DNA of 41,175 nt, taken from contig WBXJ01000001.1 of assembly GCA_008933045.1 (NCBI GenBank), positions 1 through 41,175 on the forward strand, read 5' to 3'. The stretch is from Verrucomicrobiota bacterium (GTDB taxonomy: Bacteria > Verrucomicrobiota > Verrucomicrobiia > Limisphaerales > SXQI01). Position numbers and translations under genes: made by a program. The notes below the pieces were generated by a model. The model searched no databases, was not told the DNA's origin, and was given only the letters and a program-made list of their open reading frames with translations. Below, piece after piece: positions 17,910 through 27,508 of this stretch. How positions within the stretch are numbered: position 1 is the first letter of the stretch; the number at the start of each line of letters is the position of its first letter.

Positions 17910-18878
17910 TTATTTGAGTTCCGGATCCTTTTGAGCGTCGGCTTTTCGGTAAAGCCTCGTGGGAATCAGTGTCTGAGGCGGCAATGTTTCACCATTGGAA
18001 TGGCGGATGATTGATTCGACAATTTGGATTCCCATTTTGTCAGGAAACTGAATCGGATCTGCGTAAAGTTTGCCCTCTTTGATAGCCTGTTTTCCTTCAG
18101 GTTGGCCATCGAAACCGATAATCACCACTTGAGTTTTCCCCGCTTTTTCGAGGGCCGCCCGTGCTCCCAAAGCTGAGGGGTCGTTGATAGCAAAGATGCC
18201 CCTTAATTCGGGATGCGCCTGCAGGGCGTCCTCAGCAGCCTTGTAGCCCATATCCTTGGCTCCACCGCTTTCCAGTTCAGTCACGATCTCGATCTTCCCT
18301 TTACCGGCCGCATTATGGGCCTTAATAGATTCCCGAAAGCCATTCACTCGCAAAATGCAGGACTCGGCTTGCTTAAAGTGAAGCACCGCAACCTTTCCAC
18401 CCGCCTCACCCAACGCTTCGATCATGGCTACAGCTGCGTCCTTGCCTCCGCCAAAATTATCGGAAGCAATCTGGGTGACGATCTTCACACCGGGTTCGTT
18501 ACAGGGAATATCGACTGTAAAAACAGGAATGCCGGCTGCATTCGCTTCCTGAATCACCGGAATGATTGACTTCGAATCGCAGGGACTCAGAACAATCGCG
18601 CTCACTTTTTTAACAATGAAATCCTTGATTTGATTACTTTGCTTTGCGACGTCTTTATCTCCACTCACGACAATCGTCGTATACCCGTGCTTCTTACCCT
18701 CAGCGGTGATGTTGTCGCCGATGACTTGGAAGAAGGGGTTGTCTAGCGCGAGAAGGGAAACACCAATCGTCCCTCGGCTCTTCGGCGCAGTAGGCACTTC
18801 GCTTCGATCCGTCGACCTACCGCAACCGGCAAAAAGCCCGAGAGTGCAAAACAGGAGTGTAAAAATTCTGTGTTTCAT
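17910..18878 (-). CDS. Sugar ABC transporter substrate-binding lipoprotein (RbsB/PBP type I)
   Basis: 322-aa ORF with lipoprotein signal (LLFCTLGLFAGC). Type-I periplasmic-binding pattern (IGVSLLALDNPFFQVIGDNI...VSAIVLSPCDS...IPVFTVD). Confidence 0.9.
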   Translation of the reverse strand: MKHRIFTLLFCTLGLFAGCGRSTDRSEVPTAPKSRGTIGVSLLALDNPFFQVIGDNITAEGKKHGYTTIVVSGDKDVAKQSNQIKDFIVKKVSAIVLSPCDSKSIIPVIQEANAAGIPVFTVDIPCNEPGVKIVTQIASDNFGGGKDAAVAMIEALGEAGGKVAVLHFKQAESCILRVNGFRESIKAHNAAGKGKIEIVTELESGGAKDMGYKAAEDALQAHPELRGIFAINDPSALGARAALEKAGKTQVVIIGFDGQPEGKQAIKEGKLYADPIQFPDKMGIQIVESIIRHSNGETLPPQTLIPTRLYRKADAQKDPELK

Positions 18879-19044
18879 GGTTATCAGTTTGCTTTCTATT
18901 TAAGGTCAAAAACCTGAGTGTGGATAGCATTTTTAAAAAAGTATGCACCTCGAGTTGAGTTCCAGCAGCTCAAACACACACAAACGAGACCATCGAAGTC
19001 TTGCCTCCAGATTTGGCTTTGGATACCCTCTCATTGGTTGATTT

Positions 19045-20292
19045 ATGTCCGATTCTTACATTCAAAATCTTTTTGCTGATCGTATCGGTGGAGCCCAATA
19101 CGGGAAATCCACCGCCATTTACAAATTCGAGAAGATCAAGCGGGCTAAGCGGGCTGCGCTTTTAGCCAATCCCGGAGCGGAGATCATCGATATGGGCGTT
19201 GGTGAGCCGGATGAAATGGCTTTTCCTCAAGTGGTGGCAGAGTTACATCAGGAGGCTCTCAAGCCAGAGAATCGCGGTTACGCCGACAATGGGGATTCAG
19301 TGCTCAAGCAGGCCGCCGCCCGTTATATGGAGCGCGTTTATGGCGTCTCCGGAATCAACCCTGAGACTCAGGTCATGCACTCGATCGGTTCGAAAGCCGC
19401 ACTTTCGATTCTTCCTGCTGTGTTGATCAACCCGGGGGAATACGTGATCATGACGACACCCGGATACCCCGTGTTCGGCACCCACGCCAAATACTACAAC
19501 GGGTGCGTGCATAATCTACCGCTCCTTGAAGCGAATAATTTCCTGCCCGATCTCGGGTCAATTCCTAGCACTATCCTCAGCAAAGCCAAAGTGTTGGTAC
19601 TCAATTACCCAAACAATCCGACAGGTGCGAGTGCCACGCCTGAGTTTTTTGCGGAGGTCGTTGCGTTTGCGAAACAACATCAACTCGTAGTGATCCACGA
19701 CGCGGCTTACTCCTCGTTAGTATTCGACGGAAAACCCTTGAGTTTCCTAGCGACCCCCGGGGCGATGGATGTCGGCATCGAACTTCATTCCACAAGCAAG
19801 ACCTTCAACATGACAGGTTGGCGCTGTGGGTTCGTGGTGGGAAATCCGCTTTTGGTAAAAGCTTATGGCGATGTCAAAGACAACACCGATTCCGGCCAGT
19901 TTCTAGCCATTCAACACGCCTCAGCGTTTTGCTTTGATCACCCCGAAATTACTCAACAAATCGCGACGAAGTATTCTCGTCGAATGGATTCTCTGGTAGC
20001 TCTATTGATGAAGGCGGGTTTTGCCGTCACCAAACCTAAAGGCTCCTTTTTCTTGTATGTGAAGGCACCCACGGCTGCGACCAATCCGGATGGTTCGCGC
20101 ATTCTGTTTAAAACCGCCGAAGACGTCTCCCAGTGGTTAATTACAGATAAGTTGATCTCGACAGTGCCTTGGGATGATGCGGGTGCTTACTTGCGATTTA
20201 GTGTCACCTTCGTTGCCAAGGATGCAAAAGATGAGGATCGAGTGCTGGCTGAAATTGCGCTTCGACTTGGTGATGTTCAGTTCAGCTTTTGA
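19045..20292 (+). CDS. Class I/II PLP-dependent aminotransferase (possibly LL-diaminopimelate aminotransferase-like)
   Basis: 415-aa ORF with the PLP-lysine region HSTSKTFNMTGWRCGF and NYPNNPTG. The N-terminus FADRIGGAQYGKSTAIYKFEKIKRAK resembles proteins annotated as DapL, but I cannot verify this. A promoter-like TTGCCT-17-TACCCT lies at 19001-19029. Confidence 0.85.
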   Translation: MSDSYIQNLFADRIGGAQYGKSTAIYKFEKIKRAKRAALLANPGAEIIDMGVGEPDEMAFPQVVAELHQEALKPENRGYADNGDSVLKQAAARYMERVYGVSGINPETQVMHSIGSKAALSILPAVLINPGEYVIMTTPGYPVFGTHAKYYNGCVHNLPLLEANNFLPDLGSIPSTILSKAKVLVLNYPNNPTGASATPEFFAEVVAFAKQHQLVVIHDAAYSSLVFDGKPLSFLATPGAMDVGIELHSTSKTFNMTGWRCGFVVGNPLLVKAYGDVKDNTDSGQFLAIQHASAFCFDHPEITQQIATKYSRRMDSLVALLMKAGFAVTKPKGSFFLYVKAPTAATNPDGSRILFKTAEDVSQWLITDKLISTVPWDDAGAYLRFSVTFVAKDAKDEDRVLAEIALRLGDVQFSF

Positions 20293-20320
20293 GTGAACTG
20301 AGTTTCCAAGTTTCACTGAA

Positions 20321-21115
20321 TCAGTATTGGCCTGTGCCTAATTGCGCGGGCTGTGCGTTTTCGGGTGGATTTGATTCCTCGGATATTTCTCTTCGACGAT
20401 AGTCCTCGAGGATGGCGGCGGTGGCGGAGGCTCCGCACCGGCTGGCACCAAGGTCTCGGACGAGGATGAGTCCATCCAAATCTCGCACCCCACCAGCAGC
20501 TTTAATCTGAACTCTAGGGGAACAGGAGGCTCGCATGAGACGCAGGTCGTGCTCAGTCGCTCCCTGATAACTGTATTTGCCGTCGGATCCTTTGATGAAA
20601 CCATACCCTGTGGAGGTCTTCACCCAGTCAGCTCCTGCATGCTCACAAATCTGACAAAGCTTGCGTTTAAATTCGTCGCTGGACAGGCCAGCACCACCCG
20701 TCGTGAGGTAATCATTTTCAAAGATCACCTTCACCAGTGCTCCTCGGTCGTGGGCTTCACGGCAAACCGTTTGAACGTCTCGTTCGACGTAATCCCAGTC
20801 TCCGCTCATCGCCTTGCCCACATTGATCACCATGTCGATTTCTGTTGCACCATCCTTGCAAGCGATCTCAGTTTCGTATCGCTTTGATTCCGTGGTGCTA
20901 TTTCCGTGAGGAAAACCAATGACGCAACCGACGATCACGCCCGTACCGCGTAAAATCTCGACTGCTTGCCGCACGGCATAGGGCTTGATGCAAACAGAGG
21001 CTACCTGATATTTCGCGGCGAGTTTGCACCCATCCTCAAGCTCTTGATCACTCAGTGTCGGTTGCAACAGCGAATGGTCGATCATCTTAGCCAGCTCAGA
21101 ATAGGTGTATTTCAT
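20321..21115 (-). CDS. deoC: Deoxyribose-phosphate aldolase
   Basis: MKYTYSELAKMIDHSLLQP, VCIKPYAV, EIDMVINVG, VKVIFE, WVKTSTGY and IKAAGGVR are DERA motifs. The tracked ORF extends to 21226, but that extension overlaps the 3' end of the ABC-F gene and is not DERA-like. Confidence 0.9.
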   Translation of the reverse strand: MKYTYSELAKMIDHSLLQPTLSDQELEDGCKLAAKYQVASVCIKPYAVRQAVEILRGTGVIVGCVIGFPHGNSTTESKRYETEIACKDGATEIDMVINVGKAMSGDWDYVERDVQTVCREAHDRGALVKVIFENDYLTTGGAGLSSDEFKRKLCQICEHAGADWVKTSTGYGFIKGSDGKYSYQGATEHDLRLMRASCSPRVQIKAAGGVRDLDGLILVRDLGASRCGASATAAILEDYRRREISEESNPPENAQPAQLGTGQY

Positions 21116-21180
21116 AACTAAATTGCGAACACCAGAAATCTCACAACAAAGGATCAAAAAATCAAGTCGAGCGAGGTGAG

Positions 21181-23106
21181 TTACTTTTTTTCGATCGCGG
21201 CAAGTGTGGCTGAGGCTACTTCCCACTCAGTAGTTTTTTGCGCCAGTTCATCCACCGTCGTGGAGAGTTCGCGGTTAAGGTGCAGTGCTACACCTGCTTT
21301 TGCATAGGTCTCAGGTTTTTCCATTTCCATCGCCAATTCCTCCTGCTTAGTTTCGAGATCTGCGATTTCCTTTTCAAGTGATTTTACTTTGTTCTGCCAC
21401 ATCCAGAGTTCCTTTGATTTCACCTGGCGTTCTCCAATCTCGATCCGTTTTTCTTCCTTAGACTTTGCAGGTTTTTTCTCTGCTGGAGGCTTTGGTGGAA
21501 CTGGAGTCATGGGTTGGCCTGCGGTTAAGGCGGCACGCGCGGAGGTCGCTTTCGTCTTCTCCAGATAGTATTCATAATTGCCCGCGTACCGAGTGAGCCG
21601 ACCAGCATTCACATGCACGACATTATTTCCTAACGCCCGGATGAAATAAACATCGTGGCTGATGAAAATAATCGTTCCTTGATACTGAGTCAGGGCTTCC
21701 ACCAGAGCATCAATACTGGGCATGTCCAAGTGGGTCGTCGGCTCGTCCATGAGCAGAAGGTTGGGCGGATTTAGAAGCAACTTTACGAGGGCGAGTCGAC
21801 TTTTCTCACCACCGCTTAACACGTTTACCTTCTTAAAGACATCGTCGCCACGAAATAGAAACGAACCGAGGACTGTGCGGATGTATTGTTCTGTCACACG
21901 CTGAGGGGTGTCCATCGCTTCCTCAAGCACAGTACGCTTCATATCGAGCGTGTCGCCGCGATATTGCGCGAAGTAACCTTCCTTGGCGTTATGCCCCAGC
22001 GTTCGCACGCCTTGTTGGGGAACAAGCACTCCCGCCAAAATCTTGAGCAATGTCGATTTACCTGAACCATTGGGGCCGACCAGAACTGTGCGTTCCCCGC
22101 GTTCAGCCTCGAACTCCATTCCTGCATACACGATATTGGAACCGTAGGCATGATGGATATTTTCCAGCGAGATGACTTTTTGACCGCTGCGCTGCGGTTG
22201 AGGAAAAGTAAAACCGAGCGTTTTTGCTTCTGCGACGGGTGCTTCGATCTTCTCCATCCGCTCCACTTGCTTTAACTTGCTTTGAGCTTGGGCTGCCTTG
22301 CTGGCTTTGGCTCGAAACCGAACCACGAATTCCATCAGGTGCGCGATCTCTTTCTGCTGGTTGTTATAAGCCGCCAAGAGTTGCACTTCAAAAGCCGCTC
22401 GCTGCTCGAGATAGTTTTCGTAATTACCTTTGTAACGGATCAGCTTTTGTTGGCGGATTTCGATGATCGAACCGACGAGTTGATTCAGAAATTCGCGGTC
22501 GTGCGAAATCATCAGAATCGCACCGGGATAATATTGCAGGTAATCCTGAAACCACAGCAACGTCTCAAGGTCGAGATGGTTTGTGGGCTCATCCAACATC
22601 AATAAATCCGGTTCCTGCACCAACAGGCGTCCAAGATGTGCACGCATCACCCATCCACCGCTGAGTTCACGAGCCGGACGGTCGTAATCCTTCTCGCGAA
22701 AACCGAGACCCGCCAAAATCTGTTTAGCCTTTGCCTCAAAAGAATATCCGCCGAGCGAATCATATTCTTGCTTCGCCTCATCCCTTTCCCACTCTTCCGA
22801 CGATTCACGCATTTTTTTCCGCGCTGCGATGAACTCATCGGAGATAGCCGTGGCAAGTTCAATCACAGTCTCGTCACCAACTGGCGCACTTTCCTGCGGG
22901 AGAAAACCCACAGTGGAGCCCCGTTGAAAATGGATTGTTCCCTCGTCGGGTTCATCCGTTTTCAGCACAAGGGAAAAGAACGTGGATTTGCCAGCTCCGT
23001 TGGGGCCGACTAGTCCGATACGATCCTCGCGGTTGACTTGGACATTCGCGTCGGCGAACAGAACACGGCCACTGAATGATTTGGAGACTCCAGAAATGGT
23101 AAGCAT
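21181..23106 (-). CDS. ABC-F family ATPase (Uup/YheS-like, C-terminal coiled coil)
   Basis: 641-aa ORF with two NBDs and no TM segments (GPNGAGKST...LSGGWVMRAHLGRLL...LLMLDEPTNHLD; GPNGSGKST...LSGGEKSRLALVKLL...LLLMDEPTTHLD). Ordinary-length inter-domain linker. Lys-rich spacer and coiled-coil tail. Confidence 0.95.
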   Translation of the reverse strand: MLTISGVSKSFSGRVLFADANVQVNREDRIGLVGPNGAGKSTFFSLVLKTDEPDEGTIHFQRGSTVGFLPQESAPVGDETVIELATAISDEFIAARKKMRESSEEWERDEAKQEYDSLGGYSFEAKAKQILAGLGFREKDYDRPARELSGGWVMRAHLGRLLVQEPDLLMLDEPTNHLDLETLLWFQDYLQYYPGAILMISHDREFLNQLVGSIIEIRQQKLIRYKGNYENYLEQRAAFEVQLLAAYNNQQKEIAHLMEFVVRFRAKASKAAQAQSKLKQVERMEKIEAPVAEAKTLGFTFPQPQRSGQKVISLENIHHAYGSNIVYAGMEFEAERGERTVLVGPNGSGKSTLLKILAGVLVPQQGVRTLGHNAKEGYFAQYRGDTLDMKRTVLEEAMDTPQRVTEQYIRTVLGSFLFRGDDVFKKVNVLSGGEKSRLALVKLLLNPPNLLLMDEPTTHLDMPSIDALVEALTQYQGTIIFISHDVYFIRALGNNVVHVNAGRLTRYAGNYEYYLEKTKATSARAALTAGQPMTPVPPKPPAEKKPAKSKEEKRIEIGERQVKSKELWMWQNKVKSLEKEIADLETKQEELAMEMEKPETYAKAGVALHLNRELSTTVDELAQKTTEWEVASATLAAIEKK

Positions 23107-23130
23107 GGGCTTTCTTAAAACTAAGGCTGA

Positions 23131-23163
23131 AAGAATGAAAAAGCGGCAGGATCTCTGCCGCTT
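23131..23163 (-). terminator. Rho-independent terminator-like hairpin 25 nt upstream of the ABC-F start codon
   Basis: Minus strand reads AAGCGGCAG-AGAUC-CUGCCGCUU followed by UUUCAUUCUU. This is a perfect 9-bp stem (23141-23149 / 23155-23163), a 5-nt loop and a U-rich tail (23131-23140). Confidence 0.65.
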
Positions 23164-23439
23164 CTTGAGATTGTAAGTTAAATACTAGGCGACGCCTACG
23201 GCTGTGACCGGGACAGAGCCCAAGTCCTGACGCCGCTGCGTCATGGTGCTAAATAATTCGTCATCTGCGCGCATCCGACGGACGCAGGTAGTTATTCCAA
23301 TCAAAATAGTTCACGGATTCAAAATCTCTTCTTCGGTCAAACTGGAACACTCCAATTCTGACTAATGAATGCCGTCGCCAGACAAGATATCAGTTTTGTC
23401 CAGTTTGGCAAATCATCCGTTCTCGCGCCGTAACCGGCC

Positions 23440-23649
23440 TCACTGTGGGAACAAGATCGATTCGGGCTTCGCAACAGTTCCGGCGAGCACAGCTCCCTCG
23501 CTTTGAGTCACTGCGGTAGTGCCGACGCCTGATAGAAATAGCGATGTTGGCGAAATGCTATGAGATCCGCTAAATCCACCACACCCGCACGCGTTGATGA
23601 GGAGCACGCCTGTGATCGTCAACCAGACAGTTTTGCAGTTCATCCTCAT
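23440..23649 (-). CDS. Hypothetical small secreted protein or lipoprotein (69 aa)
   Basis: The ORF has a signal-peptide-like N-terminus and a possible lipobox (VWLTITGVLLINAC). I recognise no conserved motifs, so coding status is uncertain. Confidence 0.35.
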   Translation of the reverse strand: MRMNCKTVWLTITGVLLINACGCGGFSGSHSISPTSLFLSGVGTTAVTQSEGAVLAGTVAKPESILFPQ

Positions 23650-23743
23650 CCTTGCACTGTAAGCTCAATTTGTTTCCGCGCAACCTTGAACAAATCTCTA
23701 AAAAGTGCGATTTGAGTTACTGATGATGCGATGGTGTTCGAGG

Positions 23744-23771
23744 TTGACGGAGGCTATCGGCTTTCTAAGAT
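23744..23771 (+). promoter_or_regulatory. Candidate sigma70-type promoter (TTGACG-16-TAAGAT) for acs
   Basis: Motif match only. Hexamers at 23744-23749 and 23766-23771. This would place the transcription start near 23778, making the tracked TTG start (23779) unlikely. Confidence 0.3.
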
Positions 23772-23790
23772 GACGTGATTGAAGCCACTT

Positions 23791-25803
23791 ATGAGTCACA
23801 AACCTGCGGTAACATCGACGAATATCCTCACGATGCAGCAAGAGGGAAGGGTGTTTCCTCCCGATAAGAATTTCTCAGTCGGTGCGCATATCAAGTCGAT
23901 GGCGCATTACCGAAAGCTTTATCGCGAGTCGATCGAGAATCCCGAAAAATATTGGGATCGTGAAGCCAAGCAAGAATTGGTCTGGATGAAACCTTGGAAA
24001 AAGGTGCTCCAGTTTAAAGCTCCCCATGCGAAATGGTTTATTGGTGGCCAGCTCAATGTCAGCGCGAACTGTCTGGATAAGCACCTCAATACCGCGACGG
24101 CAAACAAAGCTGCCATCATCTGGGAGGGCGAACCGTCAGCACCCGGGAAATCTGGCGAAGAGCGTGTGTTGACTTATCGCCAGTTGCATCGCGAGGTGTG
24201 CCTGTTTGCCAACGTCCTTAAGAAACATGGTGTTGGCAAAGGGGATCGCGTGATTGTTTACCTTCCGATGATCCCCGAGGCGGCGGTCGCGATGCTCGCT
24301 TGCACGCGCATCGGGGCGGTTCACTCCGTAGTTTTTGGGGGGTTCAGTGCCCAATCGGTTGCCGATCGAATTTTCGATTGTCAGGCCAAAATGGTGATCA
24401 CTTCGGATGGTGGCTTCCGCCGTGGGTCGGTAGTTCCTCTCAAGAAAAGCGTCGATGAAGCTCTGGTTCTTAAAGATGCGAAGGGGCAACTGCTGGCCAA
24501 GACGATCGAGAAAGTGGTTGTTGTGCGTCGGACCGAGAACGCCGTTCACATCCAAGCGGGCAGGGATGTGTGGTGGCATCAGGAACTGGAGACTGTTCCT
24601 GTTCACTGTCCACCTGCAAAAATGGACAGCGAAGCTCCGTTGTTCATTCTTTATACGAGTGGTTCAACCGGAAAGCCCAAGGGTATTTTGCATTCCACAG
24701 CGGGCTACTTACTGGGTGCGAAGATCACCTCCAAATATGTTTTTGATTTACGCGAAACGGATGTTTACTGGTGTACCGCCGATATTGGCTGGGTCACTGG
24801 CCATAGTTACGTAGTGTATGGGCCGCTGGCGAACGGAGCCACCAGTCTCATGTACGAAGGTGCTCCGAACTTTCCGGAGCCTGATCGTTTTTGGCGAATT
24901 ATTGCCAAATATGGCGTCACGGTTTTCTACACGGCACCTACGGCGATTCGTGCCTTCATGAAATGGGGTGTTGAATGGCCGAAAAAACACGACTTGAGTT
25001 CGCTCCGATTGTTAGGATCTGTAGGTGAACCGATCAATCCAGAGGCTTGGATGTGGTATCACGAAGTCATCGGAGGCAAACGGTGCCCCATTGTGGACAC
25101 GTGGTGGCAAACCGAGACCGGTGCCATCATGATCACCCCTTTACCGGGCGCGACGCCTACCAAACCAGGTTCGGCCACGTTGCCGTTCTTCGGAATTTTG
25201 CCCGAAGTCGTGGATGATCAGGGCCGCAAAGTACCGAAGAACTCCGGCGGAAAACTCGTCATCCGCATGCCATGGCCCAGTATGCTGCGCGGAATTTGGG
25301 GCGATCCGAAGCGGTTCAAGGAGACTTACTGGAGCGAAGTCAAAGGAAGTTACTTTACTGGCGATGGTTGCCGACAAGACAAGGAAGGTTATTTCTGGAT
25401 CGTTGGCCGAATCGATGACGTTCTGAATGTTGCTGGCCACCGCATCGGGACTGCCGAGGTTGAAAGTGCGTTGGTGAGTCATCCCGGTGTTGCCGAGGCG
25501 GCAGTTGTCGGGCGGCCCGATGCTCTGAAAGGCCAAGCATTGGTGGTTTTCGTTACACTCAAATCTGGCTACAAAAACCATCCCGGCCTGCGTGAGGAGT
25601 TACGTCAACATGTGGGCAAGGAGATTGGGCCGGTCGCCAAACCGGATGATATTCGGTTCGCGGAGGCGTTGCCAAAAACTCGTTCAGGAAAGATTATGCG
25701 GCGCCTACTGAAACAAATTGCTGCAGGAGGTGAGATCAAGGGAGATACCACGACGCTCGAAGATTTAAGCGTTTTGGAAAAACTCGGATCGAGCGAGGGT
25801 TAA
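23791..25803 (+). CDS. acs: Acetyl-CoA synthetase (AMP-forming)
   Basis: [92 protein letters not shown] and [14 protein letters not shown] are canonical Acs motifs. ATG 23791 is preferred over TTG 23779. Confidence 0.97.
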   Translation: MSHKPAVTSTNILTMQQEGRVFPPDKNFSVGAHIKSMAHYRKLYRESIENPEKYWDREAKQELVWMKPWKKVLQFKAPHAKWFIGGQLNVSANCLDKHLNTATANKAAIIWEGEPSAPGKSGEERVLTYRQLHREVCLFANVLKKHGVGKGDRVIVYLPMIPEAAVAMLACTRIGAVHSVVFGGFSAQSVADRIFDCQAKMVITSDGGFRRGSVVPLKKSVDEALVLKDAKGQLLAKTIEKVVVVRRTENAVHIQAGRDVWWHQELETVPVHCPPAKMDSEAPLFILYTSGSTGKPKGILHSTAGYLLGAKITSKYVFDLRETDVYWCTADIGWVTGHSYVVYGPLANGATSLMYEGAPNFPEPDRFWRIIAKYGVTVFYTAPTAIRAFMKWGVEWPKKHDLSSLRLLGSVGEPINPEAWMWYHEVIGGKRCPIVDTWWQTETGAIMITPLPGATPTKPGSATLPFFGILPEVVDDQGRKVPKNSGGKLVIRMPWPSMLRGIWGDPKRFKETYWSEVKGSYFTGDGCRQDKEGYFWIVGRIDDVLNVAGHRIGTAEVESALVSHPGVAEAAVVGRPDALKGQALVVFVTLKSGYKNHPGLREELRQHVGKEIGPVAKPDDIRFAEALPKTRSGKIMRRLLKQIAAGGEIKGDTTTLEDLSVLEKLGSSEG

Positions 25804-25928
25804 GTTTCCTCGCGAACATATCCACATCACCCGATTGGAGCTGATTACGGCCAGCGCGTTCGGCTTCTGTCTAATGTTTTTCTGACTTTCAATGAGCAAA
25901 CGAATACCCCACTGTGAATAGCAACACC

Positions 25929-26393
25929 ATGAGCTACGAACGTCGTCTCCAAGAGTTACAACTTGAACTGCCACCCGCTCCGAAACCCATTGCGGTTTAT
26001 CGACCGCTGGTTATTTGCGGCAATCTTGCCTATGTCTCGGGCCATGGCCCTCTGAGATCGGATAAAACACTCATCACTGGCAAGGTGGGAGTCGAGTTAG
26101 ATTTGGCAGCAGGCAAGCTAGCCGCCCGTCAGGTGGGACTCGCAATCCTTGCCACGCTCAGAAGTGAACTAGGTTCCCTCGACCGTGTCTCACGCTTGAT
26201 CAAAGTTTTAGGGATGGTGAATTGCCCCTCAGACTTCCGCGAACATCCCGCTGTCATTAACGGCTGCAGTGAATTGTTTGCCGATGTCTTTGGCCGCGAC
26301 AACGGAATCGGTGCTCGGAGTGCGATTGGCATGGGATCGTTGCCCGGTGACATCGCTGTCGAGATCGAGGCCATCTTCGAACTGAAGGCATGA
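25929..26393 (+). CDS. RidA/YjgF-family protein (reactive enamine/imine deaminase family)
   Basis: ~154 aa with typical RidA-family layout (LPPAPKPIAVYRPLVICGNLAYVSGHGP...ARSAIGMGSLPGDIAVEIEAIFEL). ATG 25929 is preferred over GTG 25914. The stop overlaps the next start (ATGA). Confidence 0.85.
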   Translation: MSYERRLQELQLELPPAPKPIAVYRPLVICGNLAYVSGHGPLRSDKTLITGKVGVELDLAAGKLAARQVGLAILATLRSELGSLDRVSRLIKVLGMVNCPSDFREHPAVINGCSELFADVFGRDNGIGARSAIGMGSLPGDIAVEIEAIFELKA

Positions 26394-27502
26394 ACCGCTC
26401 GTGGTTCGAAGTAGATGATGTTGCGGAGTTGGAATCGCCCGCATTGTTAATCTATCGCGAACGAGTCGACGCCAACATTGACCTCATGGTTCGGATGGCG
26501 GATGGGAACACCGGTCGTTTGCGTCCTCACGTCAAGACTCACAAGATGGGTGAATTAGTTCGATGGCAACTTAAGCGGGGTCTGACTCAATTCAAGTGCG
26601 CTACTATCGCTGAGGCAGAGATGCTTGGCGAGGCATCCGTCGCTCACGTGCTTCTGGCTTATCCATTGGTGGGCCCCAACGTCGGGCGATTTGTGCAGTT
26701 GACTCAAAAGTTTTCTGCGACCCGTTTCGCTTGTATCATTGATAACGAAACGTCGGCATTGATCCTTGCTGAGGAAGCGAATCGGGCCAGACAAACGGTG
26801 GAAGTTTTTCTCGATATCGATTGCGGCATGCACCGTACTGGCATTGCACCGGATCGCAAAGCCTTGGAGCTTTACCGTCGATTGGCCTCAACTCCCGGAC
26901 TAACTCTTGGCGGGTTGCATTGTTACGACGGTCATATCCACCAATCCGATTTGTCCGAGCGTGAGGCCGCCTGCTTAAGCGCGTTCGCCCCCGTCTGGCA
27001 ACTGGTTGAGGCCATTCATGCAGCGCAACTCCCTTTGCCGAAAATTGTGGCCGGGGGTACCCCTACCTATCCTATTCACCTACGAGATCTTCGGCTTGAA
27101 TGCAGTCCGGGAACGCCCTTACTCTGGGATTTCGGGTACGGAGAGAGGTATCCAGACATGCCATTCCTCCCCGCAGCCCTCCTTCTTTCTCGTGTTGTGA
27201 GCTGTCCTGAGCCTGGAATTGTCTGCACCGATCTGGGCTACAAAGCCGTTGCTTCCGAGGGGCCACAACCGAGGGTAAAATTTCTAAACCTACCGGAGGC
27301 TGAACCCGTGATGCATAGCGAGGAACATCTCGTCATGAAAGTGGCAATCGGTTCCGAGCCGCCTGTGGGCAGTGCCTTATATGGATTACCTCGGCATGTT
27401 TGTCCCACCGTTGCCCTGCATGACGAGGCAATACAAATTCAAGCAGGGAAAGCAATGGGTCGTATTAAGGTGTCGTCGCGAAACCGCCATCTCACCCTTT
27501 GA
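26390..27502 (+). CDS. D-TA-family PLP enzyme (alanine-racemase-fold; D-threonine aldolase / D-serine dehydratase-like)
   Basis: 370-aa ORF. SPALLIYRERVDANI...RLRPHVKTHK (PLP-lysine motif) and FKCATIAEAEML, plus a C-terminal D-serine-dehydratase-like segment (HSEEHLVM...GSALYGLPRHVCPTV). Confidence 0.85.
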   Translation: MNRSWFEVDDVAELESPALLIYRERVDANIDLMVRMADGNTGRLRPHVKTHKMGELVRWQLKRGLTQFKCATIAEAEMLGEASVAHVLLAYPLVGPNVGRFVQLTQKFSATRFACIIDNETSALILAEEANRARQTVEVFLDIDCGMHRTGIAPDRKALELYRRLASTPGLTLGGLHCYDGHIHQSDLSEREAACLSAFAPVWQLVEAIHAAQLPLPKIVAGGTPTYPIHLRDLRLECSPGTPLLWDFGYGERYPDMPFLPAALLLSRVVSCPEPGIVCTDLGYKAVASEGPQPRVKFLNLPEAEPVMHSEEHLVMKVAIGSEPPVGSALYGLPRHVCPTVALHDEAIQIQAGKAMGRIKVSSRNRHLTL

Positions 27503-27508
27503 GTTTGT

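Noticed and set aside
18974-18982. ACACACACA microsatellite-like run in the rbsB/aminotransferase intergenic region
   Set aside because: It has only about 4.5 dinucleotide units, too short to be a meaningful repeat or contingency tract.
20278-20300. 7-bp hairpin (CAGTTCA-N9-TGAACTG) spanning the aminotransferase stop as a bidirectional terminator for the convergent aminotransferase/deoC pair
   Set aside because: The stem is short and AT-rich, the loop is 9 nt, and there is only a weak T-run. That is not enough to call a terminator.
21116-21226. 37-codon N-terminal extension of the deoC ORF (and the analogous 35-codon extension of the DUF47 ORF at 12309-12413)
   Set aside because: Neither extension is conserved-looking. 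The deoC extension overlaps the ABC-F 3' end. The family-typical N-termini begin at the internal ATGs.
23164-23439. Non-coding stretch as a tRNA, tmRNA, 6S or SRP RNA gene
   Set aside because: I found no T-loop or anticodon-arm pattern, no long imperfect 6S-type hairpin and no recognisable conserved RNA motif. Only short local stems are present (e.g. 23236-23242 pairs with 23281-23287). A covariance-model search is needed.
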